DNA from: an uncultured Gemmatimonadales bacterium
GTDB lineage: Bacteria; Gemmatimonadota; Gemmatimonadetes; Gemmatimonadales; GWC2-71-9
Direction: 5' to 3'
DNA length: 64,000 nucleotides
Assembly: GCA_963730185.1 (NCBI GenBank)
Contig: CAVSQW010000012.1
Location: forward strand, 352,001 to 416,000
The notes under the pieces were generated by a model. The model searched no databases. It was not told the origin of the DNA and saw only the letters and a list, made by a program, of their open reading frames with translations. Shown in pieces: positions 60,223 to 64,000 of the stretch (its first letter is position 1; each line of letters opens with the position of its first letter). A program made the translations under genes and the position numbers.

Positions 60223-60272
60223 GGGTTGACATTCTACCCGAGAGAGGTCACTGTTGGGTAGAATGTCAACCC
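60223..60272. promoter_or_regulatory. Perfect 17-bp inverted repeat, candidate PadR operator
   Basis: gggttgacattctaccc (60223-60239) -N16- gggtagaatgtcaaccc (60256-60272); each arm holds TTGACA; right arm covers the padR ATG. Confidence 0.75.
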
Positions 60273-60622
60273 AAAAGAGCTCCCGCGAACGCGAGGCCCT
60301 GCTCCAGGGCACCCTCGATCTCCTGATCCTTCGAACGCTCCTGCTTGGGCGGGAGCACGGACAGGGCATCGCCCGGGCCATTCAGACCAACTCGGGCGAG
60401 GCCCTGCTCGTGGACCACGGCTCGCTCTACCCGGCCCTCCAGCGGCTCGAAGACCGCGGATGGATCGAGGCCGAATGGGGGGTCTCGGCCAACAACCGCC
60501 GGGCGCGCTTCTATCGGCTGACCCGGGCCGGCCAGAAGCAGGTCCACGTCGAAGCCGGGCGCTGGCATCGCCTGGTGGAAGCGGTCGGCCGGGTGCTCGG
60601 ACCCGAGCTGGCGCCGGAGTGA
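60263..60622 (+). CDS. PadR family transcriptional regulator (acidobacterial type)
   Basis: [30 protein letters not shown]. Confidence 0.95.
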   Translation: MSTQKSSREREALLQGTLDLLILRTLLLGREHGQGIARAIQTNSGEALLVDHGSLYPALQRLEDRGWIEAEWGVSANNRRARFYRLTRAGQKQVHVEAGRWHRLVEAVGRVLGPELAPE

Positions 60623-60625
60623 CAG

Positions 60626-63253
60626 ATGCGTTGGCGCAAGCGGCGACGCGACGCTGACTTCGCGGAGGAGATCCGGGCCCACCTGGCGCTCGAGGAGGAG
60701 GCGCACCGGGCGCGCGGTCTCTCGTCGACCGAGGCGCGGGTGGCGGCCCGCCGCGCCTTCGGCAACCTGACTGCCGCGACGGAACGGTTCCACGAGGCTC
60801 GCCGCGGCGCTTGGCTCGAGACCGCCTGGCGGTCCATCCGCCAGGCGACCAGGAGCCTGACCCGGGTGCCGGGTGTCACCGTCGCCGCCGTGGTGGCGCT
60901 GGCCTTTGGGATCGGCGTCAACTCCGCCCTTTTCACGGTGCTCTATTCGATCCTGGTCCGGCCGGTGCCGGGCATCGACCCGTCGGGTCTGGTCGGCGTC
61001 GGCCGGCGGGTGGCCGAGGCGCCCGGGTACGGCCTCGAGGTGAACGGCCGGGCGTCGATGCTGTCCTACCCCGACTACCTGGCCCTCCGCGACGGCACCC
61101 GAACGCTCGAGCAGCTGGCCGTCTACCGCCAGGAGCCGCTGACCCTCTCGGCGGGCGAGCGTTCCCGGGCGGTCCAGGGAGAGCTGGTCAGCTGCAACTA
61201 CTTCGCGGCCGTGCGGGTCCCGATGTCGGCCGGCCGGGCGTTCGTCCCCGAGGACTGCTCGCAGCCGGGTCAGGGTCGGGTCGTGGTCCTCGCCAACCAG
61301 TATTGGCGGACGGAGTTCGGAGCCGACTCGACGCTCGTCGGGCGCTCGATCGTCCTCGACCGCATTTCGGTCCGGGTGATCGGCGTCGCCGGGCCGTCCT
61401 TCGGCGGCATGGGCTTCGACGAGACCGGCGCGTGGATGCCGGTCACGATGTACCCCGCGCTGCATCCGACCGATCCGACCGCCCTGACCCGGGACCTGAG
61501 CTGGCTGGCGGCCGTCGGCCGCCTCCGGGAAGGGGCCGCCCCGGCCGGCGCCCAGTCGGAGCTGACCGCGCTCTCGCGAGCCCAAGACGCGAGGTGGCCG
61601 GGACGAACGTCGACCATCACCGTGACCAAGGGCACCCGCCTCACCGATCCGGAGGACCGAGCCGTCGTCACCGGGCTCGTTGCCGCGATGACGACCCTGG
61701 GCGGGCTGGTGCTGCTGATGACCTGCGCCAACGTGATGAGCCTCCTGCTGGGCCGTGCCGCGGCCCGGCGGCGGGAGATCGCGATCCGGGTGTCGCTGGG
61801 GGCGTCGCGGTCGCGGCTCGTCGGGCAGCTGATGGTGGAGAGCGCGCTGCTGGCGGCGCTGGGGGGCGGCGCCGGTCTCGTGCTCGCCTACCTTCTTCCG
61901 CCGTTGATCCGGGTCGCCCTGCCGACCCAGGCGGCGAACCTGGTCTTCACCCCGAACGGTAGCGTCGTGGCGACCACCGCCGTCATCGCGCTGGGCGCGG
62001 CGCTCCTCACCGGTCTGATCCCGGCCCTCCAGTCGACCGACCTCCAGCTGACCGGGGCGCTCAAGAACGAGGCGCCTGCGGGGCCCCGCGGGACCTGGCG
62101 CTGGCGGAACCGGGCGGTGGGCGTCCAGGTGGCCGCGAGCGGAATGTTGCTGATCGCCGCCGCCCTGGTGCTTCGCGGAGTCCAGCGATCGCTCGCGGTC
62201 GATCCGGGGTTCCGGATCGAGGGCGTGCATACGCTCACGCTCAACCTTCCACAGGTCGGGTACGACGGCGCTCGCGCGGCCGCTTTCGTCACCGAGCTCG
62301 AGGCGCGGCTCGAGGCGATGCCGGGCGTCGGCTCCGTCGGAGCCGCGATGCTGATCCCCCTTCGGGGCCGGGGCGAGACCCAGGCGACGCTGGTCACGGG
62401 TGGCGCTGACGCCGCCGGCCGCACCATGCAGACCCTGTTCAATGCGGTGTCGGGCTCCTACTTCGGCACGGTCGGCATCCGGCTGGTTCGAGGCCGCGCC
62501 TTCGACGATCACGAGGCGGCCGACGACCCGATGCCGGCGGTGGTCAGCTCGGCGTTCGCCCGGGCGGCGTGGGGCGCCGGCGACCCGATCGGGCGGCGGA
62601 TCACCTCCGACGGCCGGCAGCTGGTCGTCGTGGGCGTGGCCGCCGACGTCCAGACCATCACGCTGGGCGTCCCGGACGGACCCTACCTCTACCGGCCGAT
62701 CCGGCCCGACGATCTCCTCGGCAAGCGACTGGTCGTCCGGGCCGACATCCCCACGGCCGCCTTACGCGAGCACGCCGAGCGGATCGTCCACGCTCTCGAC
62801 CCGGCGGTGCTGGCCGAGGTGCGAAGCTTCGGCGAGGAACAGACCCGGGCGATCGCGCCGATCAGACTGGCCGGACTCTTCACCACCGGACTCGGCCTGA
62901 TCGCGCTGCTGCTCGCCGCGATCGGGGTATCCGGCGTGGTCGCCTTCGCCGTGTCGCAACGGCAGCGGGAGATCGGCGTCCGGATGGCGCTCGGGGCGAC
63001 CCGGCGGAGCGTGCAGGGACTCGTGTTCCGGCAGGGCGTTCGACCCGTCGCGATCGGCCTGGTGGTCGGAGTGGTGCTGGCCCTCGCCGTATCACGCGCG
63101 CTCCGCCATGTGCTGACGGCGCTCGGCGCCTTGGACGCGGCGATGATCGGCCTGGTCGTGCTCCTCCTCTTCGCGGTGGCCGGCCTGGCCGTCGCGGTCC
63201 CCGCGGCGCGGGCCGCGCGGGTGGACCCGACCACGACGCTCCGGGCGGACTGA
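60626..63253 (+). CDS. Duplicated MacB/FtsX-type ABC permease (ADOP-like)
   Basis: EEIRAHL prefix; two permease halves; RRREIAIRVSLGA, REIGVRMALGA, VDPTTTLRAD. Confidence 0.93.
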   Translation: MRWRKRRRDADFAEEIRAHLALEEEAHRARGLSSTEARVAARRAFGNLTAATERFHEARRGAWLETAWRSIRQATRSLTRVPGVTVAAVVALAFGIGVNSALFTVLYSILVRPVPGIDPSGLVGVGRRVAEAPGYGLEVNGRASMLSYPDYLALRDGTRTLEQLAVYRQEPLTLSAGERSRAVQGELVSCNYFAAVRVPMSAGRAFVPEDCSQPGQGRVVVLANQYWRTEFGADSTLVGRSIVLDRISVRVIGVAGPSFGGMGFDETGAWMPVTMYPALHPTDPTALTRDLSWLAAVGRLREGAAPAGAQSELTALSRAQDARWPGRTSTITVTKGTRLTDPEDRAVVTGLVAAMTTLGGLVLLMTCANVMSLLLGRAAARRREIAIRVSLGASRSRLVGQLMVESALLAALGGGAGLVLAYLLPPLIRVALPTQAANLVFTPNGSVVATTAVIALGAALLTGLIPALQSTDLQLTGALKNEAPAGPRGTWRWRNRAVGVQVAASGMLLIAAALVLRGVQRSLAVDPGFRIEGVHTLTLNLPQVGYDGARAAAFVTELEARLEAMPGVGSVGAAMLIPLRGRGETQATLVTGGADAAGRTMQTLFNAVSGSYFGTVGIRLVRGRAFDDHEAADDPMPAVVSSAFARAAWGAGDPIGRRITSDGRQLVVVGVAADVQTITLGVPDGPYLYRPIRPDDLLGKRLVVRADIPTAALREHAERIVHALDPAVLAEVRSFGEEQTRAIAPIRLAGLFTTGLGLIALLLAAIGVSGVVAFAVSQRQREIGVRMALGATRRSVQGLVFRQGVRPVAIGLVVGVVLALAVSRALRHVLTALGALDAAMIGLVVLLLFAVAGLAVAVPAARAARVDPTTTLRAD

Positions 63254-63271
63254 CCGGGCCGGCCGGACCGC

Positions 63272-64000
63272 CTAACCCTCCCTGAGGACGATCGCCGGGT
63301 CGATCCGGGCCGCGCGCCGGGCCGGCAGCCAGCCCGCCGCCGCGCCGACGGCCGCTAAGACGAGGGCGGCGACCACCGTCGTCGTCAGGTCGCCGGGGGC
63401 GAGGCCGTAGAGGAGCGACGCGACGAGTCGGGACAGCCACCAGCTGACCCCGACCCCGATCGCGACGCCAAGCCCCACCTGCACCGCCACCCGCCGGAGC
63501 ACGAACCGGAGCACCCCGCCCGGCGCCGCGCCCAGCGCCATCCGGATCCCGATCTCGGCCTTCCGGCGATTGACCGAGTACGAGGTCACGCCGTAGAGGC
63601 CGAGGCCGGCCAGCAGGAGCGCCAGCCCGCCGAAGAAGGCCGAGAGCATCGCCACGACCCGCTCCTGGGTGAGCGAGTCGGCGATCTGATCGGTCAGCAC
63701 CTTGAAGCTCAGATTGAGATCGGGATCGATGCCCACCACGACACCGGTCAGCGGGCGGGCCAGCAGGGCGGGCGAGCCGCCTTTGGCGCGGACGCTGAGG
63801 GCGACGTATGGTCCGATGTCGTCCTGGGTCAGAGGCAGGTACATGGTCGGTGGAATCGGGCTCCGGACCGAGTTGTAGACCGCGTCCTTCACCACGCCCA
63901 CGATCTCCATGATCTTCGGTGCCTCGCCCGGACGGAATTCGCGCCGAACGGTTCGGCCCAGCGGGTTAGCGTTGCCCAGGAACTTCTTGACGAACGCCTC
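63272..64000 (-). CDS. MacB/FtsX-type ABC permease (ADOP-like), C-terminal part
   Basis: EIVGVV, GLYGVTSY, EIGIRMALGA, IDPAIVLREG; 5' end outside window. Confidence 0.92.
   Translation of the reverse strand, partial: EAFVKKFLGNANPLGRTVRREFRPGEAPKIMEIVGVVKDAVYNSVRSPIPPTMYLPLTQDDIGPYVALSVRAKGGSPALLARPLTGVVVGIDPDLNLSFKVLTDQIADSLTQERVVAMLSAFFGGLALLLAGLGLYGVTSYSVNRRKAEIGIRMALGAAPGGVLRFVLRRVAVQVGLGVAIGVGVSWWLSRLVASLLYGLAPGDLTTTVVAALVLAAVGAAAGWLPARRAARIDPAIVLREG

Noticed and set aside
56722..60381. 1219-aa PhoD-ClC fusion protein
   Set aside because: Produced by a frameshift in phoD; the PhoD C-terminus exists in another frame with its own stop at 58611

Overview
High-GC (~70%) bacterial chromosomal window. 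Gene content (many secreted peptidases and amidohydrolases, a VPS10/BNR protein, PadR plus duplicated orphan permeases, a TonB-plug-like small protein) suggests Gemmatimonadota or similar; this is inference only. I support about 49 protein genes and saw no rRNA, tRNA, CRISPR array or transposase. Highlights: (1) 12.8-22.8 kb encodes an apparently complete cytoplasm-to-surface electron conduit: a membrane-anchored ferredoxin/FAD/NADPH oxidoreductase with a permuted fold, a di-heme b membrane protein, a 23-heme cytochrome c (split by a 1-nt frameshift), a 37-heme cytochrome c built on nine near-identical 219-bp triheme repeats, and a translationally coupled outer-membrane beta-barrel. (2) A CutF/DUF2946-like leader ORF (CxxxC plus C-terminal PPPR) whose 3' end pairs in three nested helices with the Shine-Dalgarno of an uncharacterised porin operon, suggesting a metal-sensing ribosome-stalling switch. 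(3) A 14-codon leader peptide with hairpins upstream of a MATE pump. (4) A GxxExxY gene bracketed by related palindromic repeats. (5) A G-rich repeat element with terminal inverted repeats. (6) A perfect 17-bp inverted repeat at padR. Three frameshifts fall in short G/C runs and may be long-read assembly errors.
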